A stretch of DNA of 64,000 nt from contig CBFIBM010000001.1 of the NCBI GenBank assembly GCA_965660855.1, positions 326,705-390,704 on the forward strand, read 5' to 3'. Position 1 is the stretch's first letter. The number at the start of each line of letters is the position of its first letter. The DNA comes from an uncultured bacterium. GTDB lineage: Bacteria; Fidelibacterota; Marinisomatia; Marinisomatales; UBA1611. The notes under the pieces are model-generated. The model saw only the letters and a program-made list of their open reading frames with translations, was not told where the DNA came from and searched no databases. Positions 37,310 to 47,102 of this stretch are shown in pieces. Both the position numbers and the translations under genes were made by a program.

Positions 37310-38368
37310 ATGGAGAAATACAGGAAAATAATTCATGTAGATATGGATGCTTTTTATGCTTCAGTTGAAGTATTAGATAATCCTGAATTAATTGGAAAGG
37401 CTGTAGTTGTTGGCAGTGATAGTAATAGAGGAGTTATTGCAGCTGCATCTTATGAAGCTCGCAAATATGGTATTCGATCAGCTATGGCATCAGTAACAGC
37501 TAAAAAAAAATGTAAAAGTTTAATTTTTATAAAACCAAGAATGAATCGGTATCGTGAAGTTTCAAAGCAAATTAAAAATATTTTTTTTGAATATACAAAT
37601 TTAGTAGAACCTTTATCTTTGGATGAAGCTTATTTAGATGTCAGTAATCATAAGATACTGGCAAGTGATATAGCATTTTTAATAAGAAAAAAGATTTTTA
37701 AAAATATAGGAATTACAGCCTCGGCAGGGATATCAATCAATAAATTTGTTGCTAAGATGGCTACAAACTGCAATAAACCGAATGGTCAAAAAACAATACA
37801 TCCTCTGAAAGTAAATACTTTTATAGACAGCCTACCGATAGATAAATTCTTTGGTATTGGCAAAGTTACTGCAAAAAAAATGAGAAATTTTAATATTCAT
37901 ACTGGATCAGATCTACGAAAATTAGACTTACCTTTTTTAATTAAAAATTTTGGTAAATCAGGTAAGAAATATTTTGATGTAATTAGAAATAATAGTATCA
38001 GCCCAGTGAATCCAAATCGCATAAGAAAATCTATTGGAGTAGAACACACTTTTAAACAAGATCTTGTATCAGTTGACTCCATGAAAGTAGAGCTTCAAAA
38101 ATTATGTGAAGAATTAGAAGGAAGAATGAAGAAAAAGAAAAAAAAAGGAAGAACCATTACATTGAAACTCAAGTATAGTGACTTTACTCAATTAACCAGA
38201 AGCCATACAAAAAATGAATATATAAAAAACCAATCTGAAATTATTAAAATCTGCAAACAGTTTTTATATGAGCTCGACCTCAGTAAACCAGTTAGATTAT
38301 TAGGGGTATCTCTTTCAAAATTAAATTTACATAATAATTATACAAATCAAATAAACCTTAATTTTTAA
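37310..38368 (+). CDS. dinB: DNA polymerase IV
   Basis: IIHVDMDAFYASVE, SLDEAYLDV and a GIGKVTAKK helix-hairpin-helix; 352 aa. Confidence 0.95.
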   Translation: MEKYRKIIHVDMDAFYASVEVLDNPELIGKAVVVGSDSNRGVIAAASYEARKYGIRSAMASVTAKKKCKSLIFIKPRMNRYREVSKQIKNIFFEYTNLVEPLSLDEAYLDVSNHKILASDIAFLIRKKIFKNIGITASAGISINKFVAKMATNCNKPNGQKTIHPLKVNTFIDSLPIDKFFGIGKVTAKKMRNFNIHTGSDLRKLDLPFLIKNFGKSGKKYFDVIRNNSISPVNPNRIRKSIGVEHTFKQDLVSVDSMKVELQKLCEELEGRMKKKKKKGRTITLKLKYSDFTQLTRSHTKNEYIKNQSEIIKICKQFLYELDLSKPVRLLGVSLSKLNLHNNYTNQINLNF

Positions 38369-38374
38369 CATTTA

Positions 38375-38950
38375 ATGGAAAAAAAATATAATTTTCAAAA
38401 AATAAATATTGATAAAATAGGAAATTTTTATTTAAGATATAGTAAAAAGATAAAACGAATTAAAATATCAATTAATCTGATCGGTGATCTTTTGGTTGTG
38501 GTTCCAAATCATAATACTTATGAAGATGCAATTAGATTTATAAACTCGAATATTAAATGGATAACAAAAAATAAAAATAAAACTTTTAGTAAAAAGATAA
38601 ATATCATTAGTTTCAATTTTAATAAGGATTCATTGGCTGATTTTAAACTAAAAATAAAATTAAAAGTGGACCAAATTTGCGTGAAATATAATTTTAAGTA
38701 TAATAAAATCTATTTTAAAAATATGATTTCTAGATGGGGAAGTTGCAGTAGCAAAAATAATATTTCTTTTAATACTTTGATGTATCACTTAAAAGAGGAT
38801 CTTCAAGATTATATCATTAAACATGAATTGTTACATACAAAAATTAAAAATCATAGCAATAAATATTGGAACGAGCTTGAAAAGATTTGTGAGGACTCTA
38901 GATATAAAAATGCGATTATTAAAAGATCGTATTTCATAAAACATTATTAA
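38375..38950 (+). CDS. YgjP-like (DUF45 / M48-like) metal-dependent hydrolase
   Basis: RWGSCSSKNNISFN and HELLHTKIKNHSNKYW (HExxH...H) are typical of DUF45. Confidence 0.75.
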   Translation: MEKKYNFQKINIDKIGNFYLRYSKKIKRIKISINLIGDLLVVVPNHNTYEDAIRFINSNIKWITKNKNKTFSKKINIISFNFNKDSLADFKLKIKLKVDQICVKYNFKYNKIYFKNMISRWGSCSSKNNISFNTLMYHLKEDLQDYIIKHELLHTKIKNHSNKYWNELEKICEDSRYKNAIIKRSYFIKHY

Positions 38951-39143
38951 CTTAAAATTTTCCTTGTGGATTATGATAAAAATGAATTAAAGAAAAGGTT
39001 GCCATTAAATATTATCGCAATTATTCTATCTGCATTATTAATTTATCTTTTCTTTTTATTAATCAAATAATATAATTTATTGATGTCTTTATGATTATAA
39101 AATATCAATTCAAATTTTAGTACATAGATGGCAATTATTTAAA

Positions 39144-39875
39144 ATGATTGATGCTCAGTTTTTTTTTATAACTATTTTATTGATTCTTTTTGTAGCTGGA
39201 ACTTTTCACTTTAAGACACCAAAAGCTTCAATTCCATTATTTATTATATACATATATTTTGTATTTTTTTCAGATACAACTAATTATGCAGATGAAATAA
39301 TATTAACTGACAAGTCAGTTAATATTGAAAATAAACCTTATTCCTCAGATATAGATAGTAAGTCCAATGATATAATAATTAAGCCGGTAAAACCAACGTT
39401 TGAACCTAAACCCCTAACATTTGATTTAGATAGAAAAAAACTTAGAAATGATAAAAAACAGGAAGAAGAATTAATAAATCCTAAACTGGAAAATAAAAAA
39501 AATATTGTTGAAGAAAAAACGACCTTTCCTTCAAGTTCTGAACTTGTTTTAAAAGATATTATGATTTGTAAAAATATTGAACAAAGAACACCAGTTGGTG
39601 CTGATATCATTTTTACTAACAATGTTGATTCGCTTTATTGCTTTTCTAGAATTAAAAACCCTGGTGAAAAAAAAGAGATTAAGCATGCCTGGTATTATGA
39701 AAATAGATTAATGACTCAGGTAAGGTACAATATAAAAAAATCCAATACATATCGTTCTTGGACAAAAAAAACTATTCTTCCTTCACAAATAGGTAATTGG
39801 CGTGTGGACATACATGATAATTATGGTACAATAATTGGAAGTAAAAAATTTAAAATTGTTGAAGTTGAAAATTAG
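39144..39875 (+). CDS. DUF2914 domain membrane protein
   Basis: N-terminal TMs. The C-terminal CKNIEQRTPVGADIIF...LYCFSRIKNPGEKKEIKHAWYYENR...GNWRVDI matches the DUF2914 pattern. Confidence 0.7.
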   Translation: MIDAQFFFITILLILFVAGTFHFKTPKASIPLFIIYIYFVFFSDTTNYADEIILTDKSVNIENKPYSSDIDSKSNDIIIKPVKPTFEPKPLTFDLDRKKLRNDKKQEEELINPKLENKKNIVEEKTTFPSSSELVLKDIMICKNIEQRTPVGADIIFTNNVDSLYCFSRIKNPGEKKEIKHAWYYENRLMTQVRYNIKKSNTYRSWTKKTILPSQIGNWRVDIHDNYGTIIGSKKFKIVEVEN

Positions 39876-40800
39876 TTATTTTTACATAATCTTAATATTT
39901 ACTTTTCTTTCTCATTCTTGTCAGCCAATAGAAAAAGAAAAATCAATTGAAATGAATTGGACATCATTTGATTTAGATATGCCAAAAGGTATCCAAATAC
40001 TTCAAGGAGTTAATAAAGAAATCCCTCTTAAGGCTTGGGTTGCTATAGTTGATTTAAGTAATGAAAAAATTACAGCTAAAATTTTATCATCTTTCGATAA
40101 AGATAGAATGGAAACACCAAGTCAATTTATGCTAAATACTAATGCTCTTATAGTAATGAATGGAGGGTATTTTATTTCAAATAAAATACCAGCAAGCCAT
40201 GTGGGTCTTTTAAAAACTGATGGAATTCTAAGGGAGCCTGCAAGTCCTTCACTGTTAAAAGATAACCTTAGGTATTTTATATCAAGGGGTGCATTCGGTT
40301 TAAGTAGAGATGGCTTCCCAGATATAGCCTGGGCAACAACTAAAATGGACTCAATATTCCAATTAGTAAAGCCCATTAATAATCGTCCTGGATTTGCAGC
40401 ACATCCTATTCCAAAAGATGAGAAAATTCATTGGAATGTTTACGGAGCAATACATGCTGGGCCAGTTTTAATGTCGAATGGAGAGATAAATATAACCCTT
40501 GAAGAAGAAGTTTTTTTTAATACCCCTATAGCAGGTGTACACCCTCGTTCTGCAATTGGATATACAAAAAAGAATGAATTAATAATGATGGTCGTCGATG
40601 GAAGACAGCCTGAAAGTAGAGGTGTATATTTAGAAGAATTAGCAATTATGCTTAAGTCGTTTAATTGTCATGAGGCTTTAAATTTAGATGGAGGTGGCTC
40701 AAGCGCTATTGTTGCAGATACTAGATTATTAAATAGACCTTCTGGTCTAACTTCTCAAAGAGAGGTTATGTCTGCAATAGGAATTTACTATAATAAATAA
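39835..40800 (+). CDS. Phosphodiester glycosidase family lipoprotein (DUF2233)
   Basis: Lipobox LSHSC. MNGGYF, PRSAIGYT and ALNLDGGGSS motifs. The annotated ATG overlaps the upstream gene by 41 nt, so a downstream TTG may be the real start. Confidence 0.75.
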   Translation: MEVKNLKLLKLKISYFYIILIFTFLSHSCQPIEKEKSIEMNWTSFDLDMPKGIQILQGVNKEIPLKAWVAIVDLSNEKITAKILSSFDKDRMETPSQFMLNTNALIVMNGGYFISNKIPASHVGLLKTDGILREPASPSLLKDNLRYFISRGAFGLSRDGFPDIAWATTKMDSIFQLVKPINNRPGFAAHPIPKDEKIHWNVYGAIHAGPVLMSNGEINITLEEEVFFNTPIAGVHPRSAIGYTKKNELIMMVVDGRQPESRGVYLEELAIMLKSFNCHEALNLDGGGSSAIVADTRLLNRPSGLTSQREVMSAIGIYYNK

Positions 40801-40801
40801 A

Positions 40802-41416
40802 ATGAATTTACTGAGAGAAGTATATGATTGGATTTTGACCTGGGCTGATAAACCTTCTGGGGGTAAAATTTTAGGAATGATTTCTGCTGCTGAAGCTTCT
40901 TTTTTCCCCATACCTCCTGATATTCTTTTGATACCTCTAGCTTTAGGAAATAGGAAGAAAGCTCTAATGTATGCAGCTATCTGCAGTGTTTCATCTGTGA
41001 TTGGTGCTATTGTTGGATATTCTATAGGTAAATGGCTTTGGTATTCTCAGCCAAATGTTTTTTCTGATTTTGCAGAATTTTTTTTCCTTCATATTCCGGG
41101 TTTTTCTCATGATTCATTTGAAAAAATAAAAGTACTTTATGAAAAATATAACTTCTTAATTATATTTACTGCAGGCTTTACTCCTATACCGTTTAAACTT
41201 TTTACAGTAAGCGCAGGAGCTTTTAATATCAATTTATTTTTATTTTTTCTAGCTTCAACTGTTAGTAGAGGTGCAAGATTTTTTATCATTGCTTTTCTAA
41301 TAAAATATTTTGGAGAACCAGTTAAATTATTAATAGATAAGTATTTTAATATTTTAGCTATTTTATTTACACTATTTTTAATATTTGGATTTGTATTATT
41401 AAAATATATTTTGTGA
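40802..41416 (+). CDS. YqaA/DedA-related membrane protein
   Basis: AEASFFPIPPDILLIPLAL motif and a multi-TM profile. Confidence 0.8.
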   Translation: MNLLREVYDWILTWADKPSGGKILGMISAAEASFFPIPPDILLIPLALGNRKKALMYAAICSVSSVIGAIVGYSIGKWLWYSQPNVFSDFAEFFFLHIPGFSHDSFEKIKVLYEKYNFLIIFTAGFTPIPFKLFTVSAGAFNINLFLFFLASTVSRGARFFIIAFLIKYFGEPVKLLIDKYFNILAILFTLFLIFGFVLLKYIL

Positions 41417-41465
41417 TTACATAAGACTTATTGATTTTCATAAAATCAACTTTTATATTATAGAT

Positions 41466-42017
41466 ATGTATAAAGAAGATCATAGTCACTCAGAAGAAGA
41501 TAGTCGGTGGTATAAGGAGATCGAATCTAGGGAAATAGATTCCGATCTTATGAGGGCAGTTAGTATTAATGATCCAATCTCTAAAATTGGCCTTATTGAA
41601 CCTCCTATTGTTGAAGTTGGTACCAGTCTAAAAAATGCACTAAACCTTCTCCAAAAAGAACAAAAAAACTGTCTTTTAATCTTAGAAAATGATTCATTAG
41701 TTGGTATTCTCACAGAACGGGATATATTATTAAAGGTTACAGGTAAAGGTTATGACTTTGGTTTAGTTACAGTTGATGAGTTCATGACAGCTAATCCCGA
41801 ATACCTTAACCCTGAAGATCCACTTGCATATGCACTTAATAAAATGCACGTTGGTGGTTTTAGGCATGTTCCAATTTTAAATGCCTCACGTAAGCCAATT
41901 GGACTCATAAGCATAAACAATATTATTTCAACCATTGCAGATTATTTTAGTCGTGAAATCATAAATCTTCCTCCACTAAATAGAATAGTAGACTCCAAAA
42001 TGAGAGAGGGTGGATAA
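41466..42017 (+). CDS. CBS domain pair protein
   Basis: Two CBS repeats (LVGILTERDILLKV; PIGLISINNII) with the conserved GGFRHVPIL. Confidence 0.8.
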   Translation: MYKEDHSHSEEDSRWYKEIESREIDSDLMRAVSINDPISKIGLIEPPIVEVGTSLKNALNLLQKEQKNCLLILENDSLVGILTERDILLKVTGKGYDFGLVTVDEFMTANPEYLNPEDPLAYALNKMHVGGFRHVPILNASRKPIGLISINNIISTIADYFSREIINLPPLNRIVDSKMREGG

Positions 42018-42768
42018 ATATTTAACTTTTTACCAAATTTTTAATAGAAAAAGAAATATTTCAAAATCTTTTTTACTCTTATTATCAATTCTATTAAGCC
42101 AAGATTTCAGGGATCCTCAATTCAATATTAATTTTGATAATTACATTGATGTTCTAGATGAAAACCTATCAGCTTCTTTCTTTGGCGAAATATCGAGTAA
42201 CCAAATAGATGATTTAAATATAAATTGCATAGTAAACTTCAATAATCTTCCACAAGATTGGGTCTTTGCTACTTGCATAAATACTAATTGCTATAGCTCA
42301 AATATTGACACAATAGTTTTTCCTTTAAGCTCTAATCTACCATCTAATATAAGAATTGATGTAGCAGCTACCACTTTAGATATAGGTAACATTGAGCTCG
42401 AATTTTTCGATGAAAATAGCCCTACAGAAAAACTATACTCTTCTTTAACAATTTCAAATTATTTATCAGAAATAAATACTGATTTTAGATTTAAAAATTT
42501 TCACTTAATTGCTTACCCTAATCCTTTTAATAGTAATTTAAATATAAAAATTGCTAGCAAAATTTCAGAATTTGTCTCAATTAGTATTTTTAATGTAAAA
42601 GGTGAATCAGTTAAGGTCTTTGATGATTTTCAAGTCTACTCCGGAGAAACTATTTTAAAGTGGTCTGGTATTAATAGTTATGGAAATGAAATTCAATCAG
42701 GAATTTATTTCATCCTTATTAAGGGTAATTTTTTTAAGGATTATATTGAAGTACTTTATATAAAATAA
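42010..42768 (+). CDS. Secreted hypothetical protein with T9SS CTD
   Basis: Signal peptide. C-terminus AYPNPFNSNLNIKI...GIYFILIKG...VLYIK. Confidence 0.7.
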   Translation: MDKYLTFYQIFNRKRNISKSFLLLLSILLSQDFRDPQFNINFDNYIDVLDENLSASFFGEISSNQIDDLNINCIVNFNNLPQDWVFATCINTNCYSSNIDTIVFPLSSNLPSNIRIDVAATTLDIGNIELEFFDENSPTEKLYSSLTISNYLSEINTDFRFKNFHLIAYPNPFNSNLNIKIASKISEFVSISIFNVKGESVKVFDDFQVYSGETILKWSGINSYGNEIQSGIYFILIKGNFFKDYIEVLYIK

Positions 42769-42794
42769 ATATTATAATTTTTTATGGAGGTTAT

Positions 42795-44150
42795 ATGCTC
42801 ATAGTAAGAATAATCATTTTTTATATATTATTTTTTAATCTAATTATTTCTAAGACATTAAATGATAAATATACAGATATTTCTCTTCAAATTATTTCAC
42901 AAGCATTAACGGATAGTACAGCATATCATAGGCTTGCTCATATGTGCGACAAATTTGGACCACGTTTGAGTGGAAGCTCTAACCTTGAAAATTCAATTAA
43001 TTGGATTTTAAAAGAAATGAAGAATGATGGTTTGGATAATGTAAAAGGCGAAAGAGTACGGGTACCAGTTTGGAAAAGAGGGGATGAATATATTAGGTTA
43101 TTGAAACCACATATAAGAGAATTAAACATGCTAGGACTAGGTGGTAGCGTTCCTACTCCTAAGGGTGGTATAGTTGCTGACCTTATTGTAGTTGAAAATT
43201 TTGATGAGTTGAAAGAAAAAAAAGATAAGGTCAAAGGGAAAATTGTTCTATACAATTGCTCTTTTACAAATTATGGTGAAACGGTAGCATATAGATATTT
43301 TGGAGCTATTGAGGCTGCTAAATATGGAGCAGTTGCTAGTTTAGTAAGATCAATAGGACCTTGGTCAATGGATACACCGCATACGGGATTAATGGGATAT
43401 GATAACAATATAAAAAAAATACCACATGCTGCTATAACGATGGAGGATGCGATGAGTTTCAGTCGGCTTTATAAAAGTGGAGAAAAGATCACATTAAAAA
43501 TTAAAATGGATGCTAAAACGGGTGGAGATGGTTGGTCTAGGAATGTAATTTCTGAAATAAGAGGATCAAAATACCCAGATGAAATTATTGTAATTGGTGG
43601 TCATATTGATTCATGGGATGTTGGACAGGGAGCTCATGATGATGGAGGCGCTTGCATTGCTTCTTGGGAGGTTTTAAGAATTATTAAATTATTAGGTTTA
43701 AAGCCTAAGAGAACTATAAGGTGCGTATTATGGACAAATGAAGAAAATGGTTTGATGGGCGCACAGGCGTATAGGGACATGCATCTTGATGAAATGAAAA
43801 AACACATAGTTGCAATAGAATCTGATGGAGGTGTATTTGCCCCTGAAGGTTTTGGGTTTACTGGAAATGAAAAAGATTTTGAATTGATAAAAGATATACA
43901 TGAACTCTTAAAACCTTTAAAAGCAAATAATGCAACAAAAGGTGGTTTAGCTGCAGATATCGGTCCTTTACATGATGAGGGTGTTCCTGTGATGTCCTTG
44001 AAGGTGAATTCTTCAAAGTATTTTTGGTACCATCATTCACCAGCAGATACGTTTGATAAGGTTGATTTTATTGAATTTAATAGCTGCGTGGCTTCAATGG
44101 CTATAATGGCATTTACCTTAGCAGATCTTGAAGAGACATTATCACGATAA
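42795..44150 (+). CDS. M28 family metallopeptidase with PA domain (carboxypeptidase Q-like)
   Basis: GGHIDSWDVGQGAHDDGGA, NEENGLMGA and HHSPADT zinc-ligand motifs. Signal peptide and good SD (GGAGG). Confidence 0.85.
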   Translation: MLIVRIIIFYILFFNLIISKTLNDKYTDISLQIISQALTDSTAYHRLAHMCDKFGPRLSGSSNLENSINWILKEMKNDGLDNVKGERVRVPVWKRGDEYIRLLKPHIRELNMLGLGGSVPTPKGGIVADLIVVENFDELKEKKDKVKGKIVLYNCSFTNYGETVAYRYFGAIEAAKYGAVASLVRSIGPWSMDTPHTGLMGYDNNIKKIPHAAITMEDAMSFSRLYKSGEKITLKIKMDAKTGGDGWSRNVISEIRGSKYPDEIIVIGGHIDSWDVGQGAHDDGGACIASWEVLRIIKLLGLKPKRTIRCVLWTNEENGLMGAQAYRDMHLDEMKKHIVAIESDGGVFAPEGFGFTGNEKDFELIKDIHELLKPLKANNATKGGLAADIGPLHDEGVPVMSLKVNSSKYFWYHHSPADTFDKVDFIEFNSCVASMAIMAFTLADLEETLSR

Positions 44151-44230
44151 TTTCTTATTAAAGATGGAGATTTTATTATTTAAAAAACCTTATATTTTCA
44201 CCTATTTTTAATAACATATGGTGTTTTTTT

Positions 44231-45562
44231 ATGTCTAAAGTTGAAATAACAGGTTATGGTGATGATTTAACTGTAAATGGAATAAGAATTGGAGATCTTA
44301 CTCCTTCTCAGCATGAAAAAATAGAAATGGATAAAGGTGGACAAAATTATTCACCATTAGAGGATGTTGTTGTCTCTAAAGTAAAAGATTCTTCAACATT
44401 AATAGCAAGAAAACCTGATCCAAGTGATATAAGTAAATACATTGAATCTGATCTCTTAGATGGGCTTTGTTGTTACTCAGCTGTTAATCAAGGGCAACTT
44501 AATCAAACTATAGTGGATTCTGTCATCCATCATTTAAAGAATGAAAAGCTACCTACAGTTCCCAGGTCCATAAGACATAAATATATGAGTGCATTTTTAT
44601 TAGCAGCAACTGGAATTTCTGATATGGACAAAGTAGTACCTAAAGTTGCTGGTGTGGAATCTTGGGAGCTTACATTTAAAATTTGCAGGCGATGGGGTTA
44701 TATGGTTAAAGGAATCCCTAAAGATCAAGGTATTATGGTTGGAGCTACAGGAAACTTTCATGGAAGATCACTTGCGGCTGTTTCTATGTCTGATGATCCG
44801 GATTCTAGAAAAGGGTTTGGTCCATTTGTTCCTGGAATTGAACTAGTAAAATTTAATGATATAGATTCCCTAAAATCTTTATTTGAAGAAAAAGGTGATA
44901 GAATCGCAGCTTTTATGGTTGAACCTATTCAAGGAGAGGCAGGAGTTATCGTTCCAGATGATAAATATCTGCCTCGAGTTTCCGAATTATGTAAAAAATA
45001 TAACATATTACTAGCCGTAGATGAGGTTCAAACTGGATTTGGAAGAACTGGTGCACATTTTGCACATCAATTATATAATATCAAACCTGACATTATGGGA
45101 TGTGGTAAAGCTGCCGGTGGAGGAATTTTACCAGTATCCTTTGTTGCAGGTAGAAAAGAGGTTATAGATGTGTTAACCCCTGGAAGCGAAGGATCTACTT
45201 TCGGTGGATATCCACTAGCATCAGTTGTTGGTACTTACGCTATTAAAGTTTTGATTGATGAGGGTTTAGCGCAAAATGCCAAGGAAAAAGGTCAAAGGTT
45301 ATTGCAAAATTTAGAAGAAATTAAATTAAATTATCCAGATAAAATTATGGAAGTAAGGGGTAAAGGTTTATTAACGGCATTTGAGATGCATAATGAAAAA
45401 CATTTAGATGGACATGCAATATCTGTTGGTCTGTTGGAAAAAGGTGTATATGCTAAAGAGACACATCATACTACTGTAAGAATTGCACCAGCTTTAACAA
45501 TTTCTAATGAACAAATTGATATCTTATCAGAAACTATAAATGCAGTTATAAAAGGATTATAA
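44231..45562 (+). CDS. Class III aminotransferase, ornithine aminotransferase-like (divergent)
   Basis: [36 protein letters not shown] and a PLP-Lys in GCGKAAGGG. The N-terminal third is more divergent (AGVES in place of the TGAEA-type motif). Confidence 0.75.
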   Translation: MSKVEITGYGDDLTVNGIRIGDLTPSQHEKIEMDKGGQNYSPLEDVVVSKVKDSSTLIARKPDPSDISKYIESDLLDGLCCYSAVNQGQLNQTIVDSVIHHLKNEKLPTVPRSIRHKYMSAFLLAATGISDMDKVVPKVAGVESWELTFKICRRWGYMVKGIPKDQGIMVGATGNFHGRSLAAVSMSDDPDSRKGFGPFVPGIELVKFNDIDSLKSLFEEKGDRIAAFMVEPIQGEAGVIVPDDKYLPRVSELCKKYNILLAVDEVQTGFGRTGAHFAHQLYNIKPDIMGCGKAAGGGILPVSFVAGRKEVIDVLTPGSEGSTFGGYPLASVVGTYAIKVLIDEGLAQNAKEKGQRLLQNLEEIKLNYPDKIMEVRGKGLLTAFEMHNEKHLDGHAISVGLLEKGVYAKETHHTTVRIAPALTISNEQIDILSETINAVIKGL

Positions 45563-45566
45563 CAAA

Positions 45567-47084
45567 ATGAGTATATTAGAAACTTTAGGGATTAAAGAAC
45601 TTAATTATGGGGCTTGTTTCGGTCCAGATGGATGGATAAATACTAAAAATAATGGAAATATTATTTCTACAAACCCAACAAATAATCAGGAAATTGCATC
45701 TGTAAATAACTGTAGTATAGAAGATTATAAACTAGTAGTTAATAAATCACTTGAAGCACAAAAAGAGTGGTCTAAAGTTCCTGCGCCTGAAAGAGGACAA
45801 TTGGTCAGAAGAATGGGAAATGCTCTTCGAGATTACAAGGATCCATTAGGTAGTTTAGTCTCCCTAGAAATGGGGAAAATTAAACAAGAGGGAGATGGCG
45901 AGGTTCAAGAGATGATCGATATAGCTGACTTCGCTGTAGGTCAATCCAGGATGCTGTACGGAAAAACCATGCATTCTGAAAGAGTTGAGCATAGAATGTA
46001 TGAGCAATGGCATCCAGTTGGAATTGTTGGTGTTATAAGCGCATTTAATTTTCCAGTTGCTGTATGGAGTTGGAATGCTTTTATTGCTGCTATCTGTGGT
46101 AATTCAACAATCTGGAAACCTTCTCCATCTACGCCACTATGCGCTATAGCAGTGCAGAATATATGTAATGAAGTTTTATCTGCGAGTAATATGCCTAGCA
46201 TTTTTAGTACTGTGATAGGCCCTGGATCAGTTATAGGGGAAGAAATGATTAATGATAAAAACATATCATTAGTCTCTTTTACGGGATCAACAAAAGTTGG
46301 AAGGCATGTAAATGAAATGGTTTCTAAAAGGTTTGGAAAAGTAATTTTAGAGTTAGGAGGAAATAACTGTATAATTGTAGATGAAAGTGCAGATATGAAT
46401 TTAGTAATTCCTGCTATAGTTTTTGGTGCTGTCGGAACTGCTGGGCAAAGATGTACAAGTACAAGACGTGTTTTAGTGCATCATAGCAAATATAATGAAT
46501 TAAAAACGAAGTTAATTTCTGCCTACAAACAGGTGAATATTGGAGATCCACTTGATCCAGACACACTTATGGGACCGTTAGTAGATGCAGCTGCTATTGA
46601 TAATTTCGAAAAAGCTATAACAAGAGCTAAAAAATTAGGTGGAGATGTTATCTATGGAGGTGATAAACTCAATCTTGGGGGTAATTTTATTAATCCGACT
46701 ATCATAAAAGCTGAAAACGATTGGAAAGTTGTCCAAGAAGAAACGTTCGCCTCAATTTTATATTTGATGACATTTGAAAAATTAAAAGACGCTATTTTTT
46801 TACAAAATGATGTTCCTCAAGGCTTATCTTCTTCTATTTTTACTTTAAATATCAGAAGTGCCGAATTATTTTTATCTTCCCAAGGTTCAGATTGTGGAAT
46901 TGCTAATGTTAATATAGGCACATCTGGGGCAGAAATTGGTGGAGCTTTTGGAGGTGAAAAAGAAACTGGTGGTGGAAGAGAATCTGGATCGGATAGCTGG
47001 AAACAATACATGCGTAGACAAACAAATACAATTAATTGGAGCAAAAAACTCCCTTTAGCTCAAGGTATTAAGTTTGATATTTAA
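45567..47084 (+). CDS. Aldehyde dehydrogenase, ALDH7/piperideine-6-carboxylate (aminoadipate-semialdehyde) dehydrogenase-like
   Basis: ELGGNN and GQRCTSTRR (catalytic Cys), EETFASILY, and an N-terminus typical of antiquitin-type enzymes. Located next to lat. Confidence 0.85.
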   Translation: MSILETLGIKELNYGACFGPDGWINTKNNGNIISTNPTNNQEIASVNNCSIEDYKLVVNKSLEAQKEWSKVPAPERGQLVRRMGNALRDYKDPLGSLVSLEMGKIKQEGDGEVQEMIDIADFAVGQSRMLYGKTMHSERVEHRMYEQWHPVGIVGVISAFNFPVAVWSWNAFIAAICGNSTIWKPSPSTPLCAIAVQNICNEVLSASNMPSIFSTVIGPGSVIGEEMINDKNISLVSFTGSTKVGRHVNEMVSKRFGKVILELGGNNCIIVDESADMNLVIPAIVFGAVGTAGQRCTSTRRVLVHHSKYNELKTKLISAYKQVNIGDPLDPDTLMGPLVDAAAIDNFEKAITRAKKLGGDVIYGGDKLNLGGNFINPTIIKAENDWKVVQEETFASILYLMTFEKLKDAIFLQNDVPQGLSSSIFTLNIRSAELFLSSQGSDCGIANVNIGTSGAEIGGAFGGEKETGGGRESGSDSWKQYMRRQTNTINWSKKLPLAQGIKFDI

Positions 47085-47102
47085 TTCAACTATAGGATAT
47101 AA

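Noticed and set aside
38966-39070. 35-codon GTG-initiated ORF (VDYDKNELKKRLPLNIIAIILSALLIYLFFLLIK) in the gap after the DUF45 gene
   Set aside because: It would be a plausible single-TM mini-protein, but there is no RBS, no ATG and no comparative evidence. It is too short to support from sequence alone.
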